Assembly: GCA_020184695.1 (NCBI GenBank)
Contig: JAANOX010000083.1
Coordinates: 1 to 64,000 of the forward strand
Direction of reading: 5' to 3'
Origin: Histomonas meleagridis 2922-C6/04-290x
Taxonomy: Eukaryota > Protista > Parabasalia
Length of the DNA stretch: 64,000 bases
Shown: positions 31,832 to 43,859 of the stretch, one piece after another
Layout of the letters: every line of letters starts with the position of its first letter
Position numbering within the stretch: the first letter of the stretch is position 1
Made by a program: the position numbers and the translations under genes
Notes under the pieces: model-generated
Database searches by the model: none
The model's input: only the letters and a program-made list of their open reading frames with translations
What the model was told of the DNA's origin: nothing

Positions 31832-34800
31832 TCAAAATGAGTGTCTATGTGCCTTTTGCATAAATCGTGCAGCAGCTTCAATGCCTCCTTCGATAGCATT
31901 CTTCATATACTTTTGCGAATCTTGTGTATTCGTTTCCACGCCGATTCCAAAGTTTAGCATCACTCCATAGTTATAGTTTGCCAAAGGTAATTTTCCTTCG
32001 TTTACAGCATTTCTCATATATCTGACTGCTTGTTGTAAGTTCTGTTTGACGTCTCTTCCCTTAACGAGTGCTACTGCTAAGTTGTTCATGGCGACAGCAG
32101 ATCCTTGATCAGCGGCAGCTTTGTATAGCTTCAATGCTCCTCTCTTGTTTTGTTGTACACCTATTCCATTATCAAGTAATGTTGCATAGTTAGTTAAGGC
32201 TTCATTGCAACCTTTTTCGGCAGCTTGTTTGATTAATCCACTACCTCTAACAAGGTCTTGTTCTGTAGCATTACCTTCTACCAAAGCTATACCATAGTTA
32301 TTCATTGCTACTGGGTTACCCAAAGAAGCAGCCTTTTCGAAATATAATACAGCATCTTTCGGATTCTTCTTATGGATACCTGTATTTGCAATTGCATACA
32401 CGTTACCATTTTTACCAGCCTTTGCATATAATTTAATAGCCTTTTGTAAGTCTTTCTTGATATCTAATCCACATTCGATCTTATATGCCAAATTGTTCAT
32501 TGCTTTCGGATGTCCTTGTTCCGCTGCCATTTCTAAGTACTTGTTTGCCTCGACAGAATCCTTAGCAACGCCTCTTCCTTGTTCTAGTAATATCGCGAAG
32601 TTTGATTGGGCCGCTGCGCAACCGTTATCAGCGGCCGTTTTGAATAAGTTTGCCGCCTTAACCGCGTTCTTGGGCACCCCGCGTCCTGCTATATGCATTG
32701 CTGCTAAGTTATTCATAGCTGCGTAATGATTATTTTCAACTGCTAATTCATAATTCTGAGCAGCGATATGATAGTTTTGAGTGGTACCTTGACCTTTTTC
32801 ATATAGCCTTGCTACCGAGAAATAACCTTCAGGATTACCTACATCAGCAGCCATTTGATAATGAGTTAAAGCATTCGACATATTTTTAAGTGTTCCATGA
32901 CCATATTCAGCTTTAAGACCTTCGATTATGTTATACGAAGACTTTAATTTCTTTTTCATTGATTTAATTTTTTCTTGATTTTCTTTTTCTAATTTCTTTA
33001 AGTTTTCTTCATTTTCTTTCTTTAATTCTTCAATTAGTTTCTTTAATTCTTCATTTTGTTTATTGTTATCTTCGTTTTGTTTCCTTAATTCTTTCGTTTC
33101 ATCCTTTAGGTCATTAATTTGTTTGTTTAATTCTTCGTTTTGTTTATTTAATTGTTCAATTTCATTTTCTTTTTCACTTTTATACGTCTTATATTTCATC
33201 TTTTTGTCTTGAATTAATTGTTTTTGTTGTTTAAGTTGTTCAAGTTGTTGATTAATTTGTTCATTTAATTTTTCAACTTCTTCTTTTTGTTTCTTTTTAT
33301 CTTCTTTCGATTGCTTATCTTTGTTATCTAATTCTTCTTTCATCTTTTCTAATTCTTCTTTTAATGCTTCGAATTCTTCTTTCATTGTATCAATTTGATC
33401 TTCTTTTTGTTGATTGTTTTGTTTTAGTTCAATGATTTCAGTGACTTTTTCTCCAATTTGTTTTTGTAACTTTTCAAGTTCTGCTTCTTTTGCACTTTCT
33501 TCTGATTGTCCGAATGATATTTGTTGTTTAAGTCCTTCGATTGTAGAATCTTTCATTTGTACTTCTGTTTCATATTTAGAATTTTCTTTCTTTAATTCAT
33601 CAATTTGTTGTTGTAATTTTTCTTTTGTCTCCTTAAGTTTGTTTTGTGTTTTTTCTGTTTCTTCTTCTTTTTCTTTAATATCATTCTTAAGTTTTTTGAC
33701 TTTGTCTTTATGTTTCTTTTGTAACTCTTCATGATCTTCTTTTATCTTCTTAAGTTTGTTCTTCTTTGATTCAAGTTTAGTTTGAGTTTCTTCGATTTCA
33801 TTTTGTTTATCTTCAATTTCATGTTGTTTCTCTTTAAGTTCATTTTGTTTCTCTTGAAGTTCACTTTGTCTTTCTTTAAGTTCATTACTGACTTCTTTAA
33901 GTTCTGTTTCCTTTTCTTCAAGTTGACTTCGTTTCTCATTAAGTTCGGCTTCTTTCTCTTCAAGTTGTTTCGAACTGTATTGTTTCATTTGTTCAATTTC
34001 ATCATTCTTAACTGATAATAATGAATTTAACTTGTTAAATTGCGCATGTAATTCCATCATTTCTTGTTTCGTCTTTTCATTCGTTTCTTTGGCTGCAAGA
34101 AACTCTTCTTTAGATGGACTAGTCTTAAGTAAATTATATAATGAGCATAAGGCAGTAAATAATTGTTCGCAAAGTGAACAAAACTTTTCGTTGTCTGCTA
34201 AAAATGGATGAAGTCGCTTTTCCATTGTATCTAAGATCTCATGAACATCTTTAAGTGGTTCGCTTTCTTTGACCATCTTGGCAATGGCATCGTTCATAGC
34301 TTGTGTACGGAAGAGACGAAGTCGTGCTGCTTCCATCAAGGATTCATCTGTTATAAATCGGAAAAGTTCGGCAACTTGTGTAATGATGGACTTTTCATCA
34401 GGCTCTTCAACTCCTACAAGATCACTAGGTTCTAAGAAAACTGGTATTCCAAGATCTTTAAGAGCATCAAGTGCTATGCTGACATTTTCGGCTTGGTTGT
34501 CAGGATCAAGAGAATTGAAATCAAGAACTTCAGGAACATATTTGTTGACAAGAGCACAAAGTCCAAGACCTGATTTCCATGAATTTGTAAAATTGGCAAT
34601 TTCAACATTTGGATATCCTTGAGTTGATTCTTGACACCACTTCAGAAGGGCATCACGTGAACTTTGTCCTTTATCTCTATGACCTTCCATAATTGAATCT
34701 AAATGACATTTGGAAATAACAGACCATAATAAACCTAATGTAAGCTTTAAATTCTTATCTACAATGTCAGAACCACCAATACCAACAAGTTTAATTCCCA

Positions 34801-35065
34801 TTTCAGCTTGAATAAAATTAACGGCCAGATTACAGTTTTCAATCATTTGAACACGCATTGTTGGCTTGTGGTGATATCTGGATTTGACTTCTTTGTGAGA
34901 AACAATTTCTAAAAGATCGATTAACTTGACACCATCTGAAAATTCGAATAAGTTGTCGATGTGATTATTTCTTTGTTTAAGATTAACATTTACCCACTTT
35001 GTAAATACAGATATCTGGGTTTCTTCCCATGTACGTGGCAATAAGCCTCTGTTGTCTTTGGACAT
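31832..35065 (-). CDS. Tandem CH actin-binding domain + long coiled coil + Sel1 repeats
   Basis: WEETQISVFTKWVN...LTLGLLWSVI and LLKWCQ...FTNSWKSGLGLCALV (alpha-actinin-type ABD); EK-rich coil; AMNNLA/AQSNFA Sel1 repeats. Likely start ATG 35065. Confidence 0.9.
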   Translation of the reverse strand: MSKDNRGLLPRTWEETQISVFTKWVNVNLKQRNNHIDNLFEFSDGVKLIDLLEIVSHKEVKSRYHHKPTMRVQMIENCNLAVNFIQAEMGIKLVGIGGSDIVDKNLKLTLGLLWSVISKCHLDSIMEGHRDKGQSSRDALLKWCQESTQGYPNVEIANFTNSWKSGLGLCALVNKYVPEVLDFNSLDPDNQAENVSIALDALKDLGIPVFLEPSDLVGVEEPDEKSIITQVAELFRFITDESLMEAARLRLFRTQAMNDAIAKMVKESEPLKDVHEILDTMEKRLHPFLADNEKFCSLCEQLFTALCSLYNLLKTSPSKEEFLAAKETNEKTKQEMMELHAQFNKLNSLLSVKNDEIEQMKQYSSKQLEEKEAELNEKRSQLEEKETELKEVSNELKERQSELQEKQNELKEKQHEIEDKQNEIEETQTKLESKKNKLKKIKEDHEELQKKHKDKVKKLKNDIKEKEEETEKTQNKLKETKEKLQQQIDELKKENSKYETEVQMKDSTIEGLKQQISFGQSEESAKEAELEKLQKQIGEKVTEIIELKQNNQQKEDQIDTMKEEFEALKEELEKMKEELDNKDKQSKEDKKKQKEEVEKLNEQINQQLEQLKQQKQLIQDKKMKYKTYKSEKENEIEQLNKQNEELNKQINDLKDETKELRKQNEDNNKQNEELKKLIEELKKENEENLKKLEKENQEKIKSMKKKLKSSYNIIEGLKAEYGHGTLKNMSNALTHYQMAADVGNPEGYFSVARLYEKGQGTTQNYHIAAQNYELAVENNHYAAMNNLAAMHIAGRGVPKNAVKAANLFKTAADNGCAAAQSNFAILLEQGRGVAKDSVEANKYLEMAAEQGHPKAMNNLAYKIECGLDIKKDLQKAIKLYAKAGKNGNVYAIANTGIHKKNPKDAVLYFEKAASLGNPVAMNNYGIALVEGNATEQDLVRGSGLIKQAAEKGCNEALTNYATLLDNGIGVQQNKRGALKLYKAAADQGSAVAMNNLAVALVKGRDVKQNLQQAVRYMRNAVNEGKLPLANYNYGVMLNFGIGVETNTQDSQKYMKNAIEGGIEAAARFMQKAHRHSF

Positions 35066-36046
35066 TGTTACGATTGAAGGTTTTTGACAACGCTTTTCAT
35101 TGTGAGCGGTTTTTATGAATAGAAAAAAAATTGATAAGATAAAGAACAAAGAAATCCGGTAAAGCCGATAGCAAAAGCCACTTTCTGACAAATAATAATA
35201 TCGTTGAATAAAGGACATTTTATATGTCAATAATAAAATAAAATTTATTCCAAGAGGAATTGTGGACAATATTCATGTTTATTTTGGAATATTTTCAGTA
35301 CGTAAAAGAAAAAGTTTACATAATTGTCGCTTCACCAAATTCAATAAAAAAATTGTTCGAAAATGACAGTATAAATAACACAAAAAGTTGAACTTTTTTA
35401 ATGCAAAATAAATCATTTTCTAAAGAAACCAATTTGTCTGAAAAAAACGGGCTCGCTTTGATCGGTCTTAATTAAATATATTACAAAAAGTTTAAATGCC
35501 GTTAATTTTTTTCTGCCATCAGAATGAGCGGTGATGTGAATATTTATGTATCGTCTATTTACAAGGCAAAAAAAACTCTTATATGCTTTCAACTATACAA
35601 ACTCGCCAAGGAAATAATGGAAAAAATGGTGTTAAATTCAATGGAAAAATGAACTCAAGATACTTCAAATGAATTATTTGTTTTATGGTTGATCAATCAT
35701 TTGTTTTGGAGTGTTTGCCAATTGCTAAAAAATGCTCTTTCTTTAGAGATTCGTTTTCTTTGCTTTTAACTTAGTTCAGGATGATTTGCATTGTTAAATA
35801 ATTTTGAAGCTTTTTATTCAACAGGAAGGAAATTTGATTAATTTGCAATTCAAGCTTTGCTATGATATCATATTTTTCTCAGTCAAAGTTGAACTCTATT
35901 TTCTTCAAAAAAACGATATGATCTTACTTTTTTTAAAAAAAGAAAACATATTATTGCTATTACCATTATTTACACTTGTGCCTTTTACTTTATTTAAATC
36001 AGAATTGGATTAATTTGTTGCAAAATAACGAAAATGTGTGAATTTT

Positions 36047-36637
36047 TTAACAGCCACATTTTTTCTGATCCTCATCATCTTCATCTTTAAGAACAGGGTT
36101 GAGATTATTGGTATCAAGAGAGATATCCTTACTCAAAAGCTGAAATGCAATATCTTCAACAAGATCTTCAATATTTTGACCTGTTTGAGCAGAAACTTCG
36201 AAATATACAGCGCCCATGCTATCTGCTTTATTGTTAGCTTCTTCTATTGTTACAGTTCTTTCACTTGTTAGATCAGCTTTATTTCCTATCAAATAAAGAA
36301 GCGTTTTTTCACCGATACTTCTTTCCATTTCATCATACCAAACCTGAGCATCATTAAATGAATCCTTTGAATTTAAGGCAAAAACAATTAAGCAAGCTTG
36401 AGATCCCTGGTAATACATTGGAGCCAATGACCTAAACCTTTCCTGTCCTGCTGTATCCCAAATTCTTAGTGTTACATTGCCTTGTTCTTTTTGTATTGTT
36501 TTTGCAGTAAATGATGCACCAATTGTTGGGAGTTGGTTGGGATCAAAAACGCCTGAGCCAATACGTGAAATAATACTTGTTTTTCCTACCCCAGACATTC
36601 CAATAAATACAACTTTCGCTTCATAATTTTTTGTCAT
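36047..36637 (-). CDS. Rab GTPase (Rab5/21-like)
   Basis: GMSGVGKT, WDTAGQERFRSLAPMYY, GNKAD, EVSA and a C-terminal CGC. Confidence 0.92.
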   Translation of the reverse strand: MTKNYEAKVVFIGMSGVGKTSIISRIGSGVFDPNQLPTIGASFTAKTIQKEQGNVTLRIWDTAGQERFRSLAPMYYQGSQACLIVFALNSKDSFNDAQVWYDEMERSIGEKTLLYLIGNKADLTSERTVTIEEANNKADSMGAVYFEVSAQTGQNIEDLVEDIAFQLLSKDISLDTNNLNPVLKDEDDEDQKKCGC

Positions 36638-36715
36638 TAGGAAATGATAAGATTGAGAACTTTACTCTGTAAGTTTTGTGAAAATAATCAAAAGAAAAGT
36701 TATTTACCAATAATC

Positions 36716-37312
36716 TTAACAGCATTTACCTGAATCTTCCTCTTGGTTTTCTTTGACAGTTTCTTTTGGCATTGACATTGCTGTGATTTCGCCTTGGATA
36801 TATTTGTGTAGAGTATCTGTTCCTAATTTCAGGAAAAGTTCCGAAATTTGTGTGTTTTCAAGTGCAGATGTTTCCATATACATAAGGTTATGCGTACGAG
36901 CAAATTCTTCTGCTTCTTGTGATGAAACTGTTCTTTTTGAAGATAGATCAACTTTATTACCAACAAGAATAAAAGAACAATGTGGATCAGCTTCAACTGT
37001 AGCGTCTTTAAGCCACTTAGGCAATTGTTCAAATGAAGATCTATTTGTGATATCATAAACTAAAACACAACCAACTGCTGCACGATAATATGATTTTACA
37101 ATGGTATAAAAACGTTCTTGTCCTGCTGTATCCCAAAGCATCATTTTTATTGGTTGGTTTTCTATTGTTGTGTTATATGTATAATAATCAATTCCAATTG
37201 TACTTTGTGTTCCTGGTGCAAACTTGCCTTCAGTAAGCACTTTTAGGATAGAAGTCTTCCCACCTCCACTTGCACCAATGACTATGAATTTAAATTGTAG
37301 TGCTTCTTTCAT
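36716..37312 (-). CDS. Rab GTPase (Rab2/4/14-like)
   Basis: GASGGGKT, WDTAGQERF, GNKVD, ETSA and a C-terminal CC; likely start ATG 37312. Confidence 0.92.
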   Translation of the reverse strand: MKEALQFKFIVIGASGGGKTSILKVLTEGKFAPGTQSTIGIDYYTYNTTIENQPIKMMLWDTAGQERFYTIVKSYYRAAVGCVLVYDITNRSSFEQLPKWLKDATVEADPHCSFILVGNKVDLSSKRTVSSQEAEEFARTHNLMYMETSALENTQISELFLKLGTDTLHKYIQGEITAMSMPKETVKENQEEDSGKCC

Positions 37313-37525
37313 CAAAAATCGGTTGGAAAATGAGTTTAAAACAAATTTTGGGGTGCCTTTCTTAACGTACGTGAAACTTACAGAAAAAACGTTGAGAAAT
37401 ATCGGAACAATTCTGGCAAAAATCAAATTAATTTATAACGTTAATCAACCTGACTAATTTGTAAAATTTCCACAATTTTGACTTTCTAATGTAATTATTT
37501 TTGGGTCTTTTTTAAAAATGAATAA

Positions 37526-38813
37526 ATGCTGATGAAATGTGATTTTATAGAAAAAGATGTTTTTATTTTTTTGGGAATTCATGAATATATTTAACTTATA
37601 TTTTTATTAGTCAAAATAATATTTGATAATTATTACGAATATATGATACAGCACTTATTCATGCATCTGAAAAAGGTCATATAGAAATTATTATATTACT
37701 TATTAAACAAAAAGGAATTGGTGTTAATGCTGAAGATATTTATTTGCTTTATGCATAAACATATTTTCGCTAAATTAGAAATAATTTTCAAGTTGTTTGA
37801 GAGAAAAAGACACAACAACTTTTCGTGAAACAATCAAATATTCTGAATATTCTGAAAATTTCTTCAAAACTTCCTCCACAAAGACACAAGTGACCAAAGA
37901 AAAAATAACATAATGGAAACACTTCGTATGATTATGCGAACAATTTCATGCTTAAACAAAGAGAATTTAACTCAATTAACTTTTTCAATATTCAATTCAT
38001 ACGTGACTCTGATGTCATTATGGATTTTATTAAAGAAATAAAAAAAAAAATTGAGGAATGTAATCAAAGATATTTTTTAATTATATTTGATAGATGTATA
38101 TGTTATTTGAAATTTCATATTAATATTTGGAAATTATTTTAATTACTTCGGACAGCACTTATGATTGCATCCAAAAAAGGTTTTGTAGAAATAGTTAAAT
38201 TACTTCTTGCACAAGAAGGAATTGACATTAATGATAAAGATAATATTTCTTTGTTTTATTTAAAGTTTATTTTAGTAATTTAATTTTTCTAAATAATATT
38301 TGGAAATTATTTAAATTATCTAGAACAGCACTTATTGAAGCATCTTCACGATTCGGAATTGATTCAAAATATTTCAAACAGCATTATATTTAGCAGCATG
38401 GTTTAACCGAATAGAAATAGTTAAATTACTTCTTGAACAAGAAGGAATTGATATTAATACTCAAAATGTTGATTCATTTCCTTTGAAATTTGTTTCAATA
38501 ATTTAATATTTCAAAATAATATTTGGAAATTATTTAAAATATTTGAAACGGCACTTATGAAAGCATCTCTTTATGGTCATACAGAAATAGTTAAATTACT
38601 TCTTGAACAAAAAGGAATTGATATTAATGCTAAAAATATTTATTTGTTTTATTTGAAATTAATTTTGATAATTTGATATTTTAGGTTGATATTTGGTAAT
38701 TATTTAAATTATTTAATACAGCAATTATGTTAGCATCTGAAAAAGGTTATACGGTATTAGTTAATTTACTTCTTGAACAAAATGATATTGATTTTAATAC
38801 CATAGATATTTGA
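37526..38813 (+). CDS. Second ankyrin-repeat gene with 17-nt spacers; 5' part (37526-38070) irregular
   Basis: From 38066, removing 17 spacers gives KD-D-E-G-R-TALMIASKKGFVEIVKLLLAQEGIDINDKDN-K-N-G-R-TALIEASSRFG-Q-TALYLAAWFNRIEIVKLLLEQEGIDINTQN-E-N-G-E-TALMKASLYGHTEIVKLLLEQKGIDINAKN-E-D-G-N-TAIMLASEKGYTVLVNLLLEQNDIDFNTIDI*. Confidence 0.75.
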
Positions 38814-39028
38814 TTATAAACTAGAGGTCAAAGAGTTTTGAAAAAATGAAATTTTTCTCCAAAATGTCAAATAGTTTTTTTTATAACTAAAGTTGATAAT
38901 GTGGTGAAATTATAGTCCAAAAGTGCATAAGTGAATTCTTCGAAAAAGTAGATTTCAGAAAAAGAAATTCCACTTTATTGTATCAACATTCATTCTGAAA
39001 ATAAATTTTTCTCTTTATATCCAATATC

Positions 39029-39049
39029 ATATATATATATATATATATA
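39029..39049. repeat. (AT)n microsatellite
   Basis: About 10 AT units. Confidence 0.9.
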
Positions 39050-40346
39050 GTTGAAATACAAATTCAAATTTAATCTTTCAAATTTTCTATGTTTTTTTGA
39101 CCTAATAAATTTTCTTATTATCGAGCAAACATATTTTCACTGTCAATCTAATAAAAACGATGTTTCTATTAAGTTTACTTTAATAAACAAAAAAAATGAT
39201 ACAACACGCATTACTAAGACGATGTTTTATAAAAATAAAATCTCTTTTTCATTCCAAAGGCATCCAATTTTTATACTTAAACAATGCTTATCACATCTTA
39301 TGATTTATTTACTCAGTCTTCTTTTCTTGCTCTTCTTCATGCTGTACTTTCCTTCCCATCCATAAATAAATCACAAACAAATTTACGAACTTTTTCTGAT
39401 CGTTGGCGTTGTGGCTCTTGTGCGAATCTGAAGAGATATAGAATCAATTGACATGACGATGCAAATACGTATGGACTTTTTCAACTGTCTTTATCCTTGG
39501 CATCGTGTTTTGCGGATCTTCAACTTCACGAAGGATCTCTAAAAGACGATATAATGATATGGTTCCTTTTAATAATTGGATTTTGTTCATTTTATCAAGA
39601 TAGTGTCAACAGACTTTCCTTCTTTTAGATTTTTTAAAAAAATTGGAATTATTATATTGTGCCATAATATTTCAATTAATTGCATATGAATAGATGTCAA
39701 CATATTTGGTTTAAGATAGAATGATTTTTTGGAGTTTTCACTTTTTTTGAATTTAGTCGCTTTTGGTTTAAATTTGTGCATGATGTAAGTCTTTTCAAAA
39801 GCGAAACTATCATAAATGAATCAAATCAATTCGCTTGATAAACTTGAGATAAAGCAGAACTCACAAGCAATACAAAAAATTGAAAAGAATTTTACTTTGT
39901 ACCTAACTTTTTTGTTATTTTGTTGTAATATTATTTGCTGAACATTGGATTTTGTCCTTTCCTGTATAATATAAAATAGTTGCAATTGCATGTCATCTAA
40001 TAAATTTTAAAATTTAATTAAAGAAGATCTGCTCCCCCAATTCCATAACTTGAAGGATTGAACAATAATTATGTAATAGTTTACAATTATGCTAGTGGAC
40101 ATGTTTTACATTTTTTGAAAAAATCGAAAATTACTTGTAAATTTAAACTTTTAGACAGCAGTGAACTTTTTGGAGAAATTTAAGCTTAAACATCGTTTAA
40201 GAATTCACATAAACCGTCAAACCGGGACACCCCAACTGTAAACAACATTTTTTTTGAACGCAGCCGGCTGAATTGAATTTTCATATAAATTTCAACCGCA
40301 GTTCTGAAAATTGAATTATTTATAAATATCGCAGTCACCTCACAAA

Positions 40347-41516
40347 ATGCTTTCCCTTCTTTTAGGTGCTGCATTATGCGATAAGTGGGCTGTTATCTAC
40401 ACAGGATCCCGCTCATGGTCAAACTACCGCCACACAGCAGATTCATTCTATCAATACCACATTCTTATCGAAAATGGCTTTGACAAGAATAAGATCATCC
40501 TTATGAACTATGATGATATTGCTACAGCTTCAAGAAACCCATACCAAGGTCAAATCTTCCGTACACTCTCCCACGATCCAAATGTTTATCCAGGTGCTGA
40601 AAACATCAAGTACACTGGTAACACAGTCACTGCTAAAAACTTCTACAACGTTTTACTCGGTGACACAACAAACGGTCCAGCTCTTGCATCAACAGAAAAC
40701 GATAACGTATTTGTTTTCTTCGATGATCATGGTGGTAGCGGTATCCTCGGTGTTCCAGATGGCTGCGGTGCTTACATATATGCTGACGATCTCCAAAAGA
40801 CCTTCGAACAAATGGCCGAAAAGAAGATGTTCAAGTATCTCTTCTTCGCAATCACAGCCTGCTATGCTGGTTCAGTTGCTAACCACTTAGAAAACATTCC
40901 AAACATGTACACAATGACAGCTTCCAACGATCACGAATCATCTTGGGGTGCTCTCTATGATTCAACACTCGGAACATGCCTTACATCAGAATACTCCCTC
41001 ATCAAGGATCAATTCATGGAACAATACCCAGATGGCACACTCGCCGAAATGTACACATACTGCGTTGATGGTGTCAAGCAATCCAACGTTTGCGAATTCG
41101 GTGATAAGACATTAAAGTCCTTAAAGATTTCCGACTTCGTTGGTAAGGCTAACAAGCAACGCAAGGTTTCAAGACTCAGCGGTCCAATCATCAAAGTTAA
41201 GAACACACGTGCAATCCTTGGCCAAGCAGAACTTTCACACAACGAAGAATTAGTTGCCGCTGAACTCGCTGCCGAAAAGCGTGTTGACCAAATCATCGAT
41301 GTTCTTAAGAACAAATTCGTTGCAGATGCAGATGAAGACTTCACAGCTTACACACCAATCAAGGATTGGGCTGCATACAAGAAGGTCCTCGGCGCAATGC
41401 AAACATATGTTAAGAACCTTGGCGAATCATTCTACGAAAAGACATTCTTCTTCTCACACCTTATCAAGTTCGCTGATGCTGATAAGATTGTTGAGACAAT
41501 CAAGAACCTTTGCTAA
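40347..41516 (+). CDS. Legumain-like asparaginyl endopeptidase (C13)
   Basis: Signal peptide, KWAVIYTGS..WSNYRHTAD, catalytic His (DDHGG) and Cys (TACYAG). Confidence 0.95.
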   Translation: MLSLLLGAALCDKWAVIYTGSRSWSNYRHTADSFYQYHILIENGFDKNKIILMNYDDIATASRNPYQGQIFRTLSHDPNVYPGAENIKYTGNTVTAKNFYNVLLGDTTNGPALASTENDNVFVFFDDHGGSGILGVPDGCGAYIYADDLQKTFEQMAEKKMFKYLFFAITACYAGSVANHLENIPNMYTMTASNDHESSWGALYDSTLGTCLTSEYSLIKDQFMEQYPDGTLAEMYTYCVDGVKQSNVCEFGDKTLKSLKISDFVGKANKQRKVSRLSGPIIKVKNTRAILGQAELSHNEELVAAELAAEKRVDQIIDVLKNKFVADADEDFTAYTPIKDWAAYKKVLGAMQTYVKNLGESFYEKTFFFSHLIKFADADKIVETIKNLC

Positions 41517-41741
41517 ACGATTCAATAATTCTTATTTTTGTATTTATAAGTGGAAATAATTGTTCAAATAACGTTTTTATATTGATGTGACCTTATGATA
41601 TCATTTTTGTAGTGTTTCTTATTTTGCTTGACTATATTACCATAAATTTTAGGTGTAACCATAATTAGTTATCTTTTTTATTCAATAAACGCATAAATAA
41701 TTCAACAATGAATCCGATTGACTTATTAACGTGCGCACTTT

Positions 41742-43813
41742 GTGGGCTTAACGTTCAAAATATTTCGGAGGTTAGTTTTGGGTTGCGCGAGTTTTTGCTT
41801 GTATGTTTGGTTATCATTTGTTCCTTTTCCGTTTGCACACATTCCACAATGTCTTATCTTTGTGACAGAAGATTCAAAATTTAAAAATAAAATATTTTTT
41901 CAAGAACTGAAATTTAGAGCCGAATCTTATCCTAGCACTAATGTAGACATGTTGTACCTTCCTGTTTTTCATGAAACAAGTAATTCTTTACTTTTTCAAA
42001 AACATTATTTTTTTGATGGTTTAACACAAGCTAACCACAAAATTTTTGAAAGTTTTTCAAGTTGTTTATCACCAATGGAATATTTTTCTTTTTTTAAGGC
42101 TAAAAAAATTTTATTCTATTTTAATTCAACATTTTCATTCATTAAAACTTCAAAACAATTTAATTCGAATATTTCTATGAAATGTTTTTCTTTAATTTAT
42201 GAAATCGTTAAAAGGTTTTCAAATATTTCGAATATTATTTTGTTATTTGTTTTTATTCATTTAATAAAAACAATTTTTCAAAATATTCGAAATCAAGAAA
42301 AGTTTGAACATAAAATTTTTCTTTTTTTATTTGTTTTCTTTTTTGTTCAAACATTTGAAATATATAATTCAGGAACTAGAACACTTTCAATATCTTCTTC
42401 AGCAGAATATACAGAAAAAGATAAATATAAAGATGAAGCAGAAATTATTATAATTGAGAGTGGTGTTGAAGAAATTAAATCTAATGATTTTTCTGGATGG
42501 AATTCATTAAAAACAATAGAAATTGGTGATCAAGTTACTTCAATTGAATCTGGCGCTTTTAGAGAATGTGTGAATCTTCAAATGATTATAGTATCAAAAG
42601 AAAACAGGTGTTATTCAAGTGATGATAATGAAATTCTTTATGACAAATATTTTGCAACAGTTATTTGTTGTCCAAGAGCAATTTCTATTTCATCGTTTAC
42701 AATTCCAGATTCAGTTACATCAATTAATGATTATGCATTTTATGGATGTAAGTCATTAACAAATATTACAATTCCAAATTCAGTTATGTCAATTGGTGCT
42801 TCTGCATTTTATGAATGTTCACAATTGGAAACAGTTATCATTGGCGAAAGTGTAATAATAATTTCAGATTCTGCATTTTATTCTTGTTCGTCATTAACAA
42901 ATATTAAAATTCCAAATTCAGTTATGTCAATTGGAACTTCTGCATTTTATTTATGTACACAATTGGAAACAGTTATCATTGGCGAAGGTGTAATATCAAT
43001 TGGACAATATGCATTTTCAAACTGCAGTAGTTTAAATTGTATTTATTTTATGGGTAATAAAGCGCCAAATTTCGGTTCAGATGCTTTTAGTAATGTACAA
43101 ACACGAAGTGTAATGACATCAGATTTATATAACGGATCATCATTCGGAGCGCTTAGTGTATACAAAGGAACACCATACGGAGAATGCGAACAATATTCCT
43201 GGCCAACGCGAACATATTCACAGTCAAATACATACACCCAAACAAACATATTTTCACATAGCAACATATACACTAAGTCGAACACATTCACACAAAGTAA
43301 TTCCTTTTCGCAATCAAATACATTTTCTGAAATAGTTGGAAGTGAAATAACTTTATCTTTTACATATTTATATACAAACACATTATCAGTTTCATATTCA
43401 TTAACTATTCATGAAATACAAACGAAATCATTTTCATTATATATAAATAATTCAATAATTACTTATATTGAAACAGAATTTATTTACTATAATTACACAA
43501 TTATTATTTATTCGACATATTACAATTATTATTCGAATTTCTTTACATATATTAATATAAATGAATTTCAAACAGAAGATAATATATAATAACAATTATT
43601 GTTTCTGTTTGTGTTGTTGTTATATTTATTATTATAATAGTTATAATTATTATATTTTTAATTTGTATGCGGAACAAAAAAGAAGAAATTAATGAAAATG
43701 AAAGTTCAGAAAGTGAAAAAGAAACAACGAATACATTTATAACAGGTTTGTCTATTTCAAATATTGAAGAAGATCCATTTGCAAATGATTTTAAAGAAGA
43801 TAAATTCATTTGA
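41742..43813 (+). CDS. BspA-like surface protein with a frameshift before the TM (about 43585)
   Basis: IPDSVTSINDYAFYGCKSL LRR_5 repeats and SQSNT stalk; the TM and tail NIEEDPFANDF continue in a shifted frame to TGA 43811-13. Confidence 0.8.
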
Positions 43814-43859
43814 CAAATGAAATTTAAAATAATATAAAAAAAAAATATTTTTGGTGTTT

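Noticed and set aside
39310-39790. Possible coding remnant on the minus strand
   Set aside because: Multiple stops and no recognisable motif, so it cannot be assigned.
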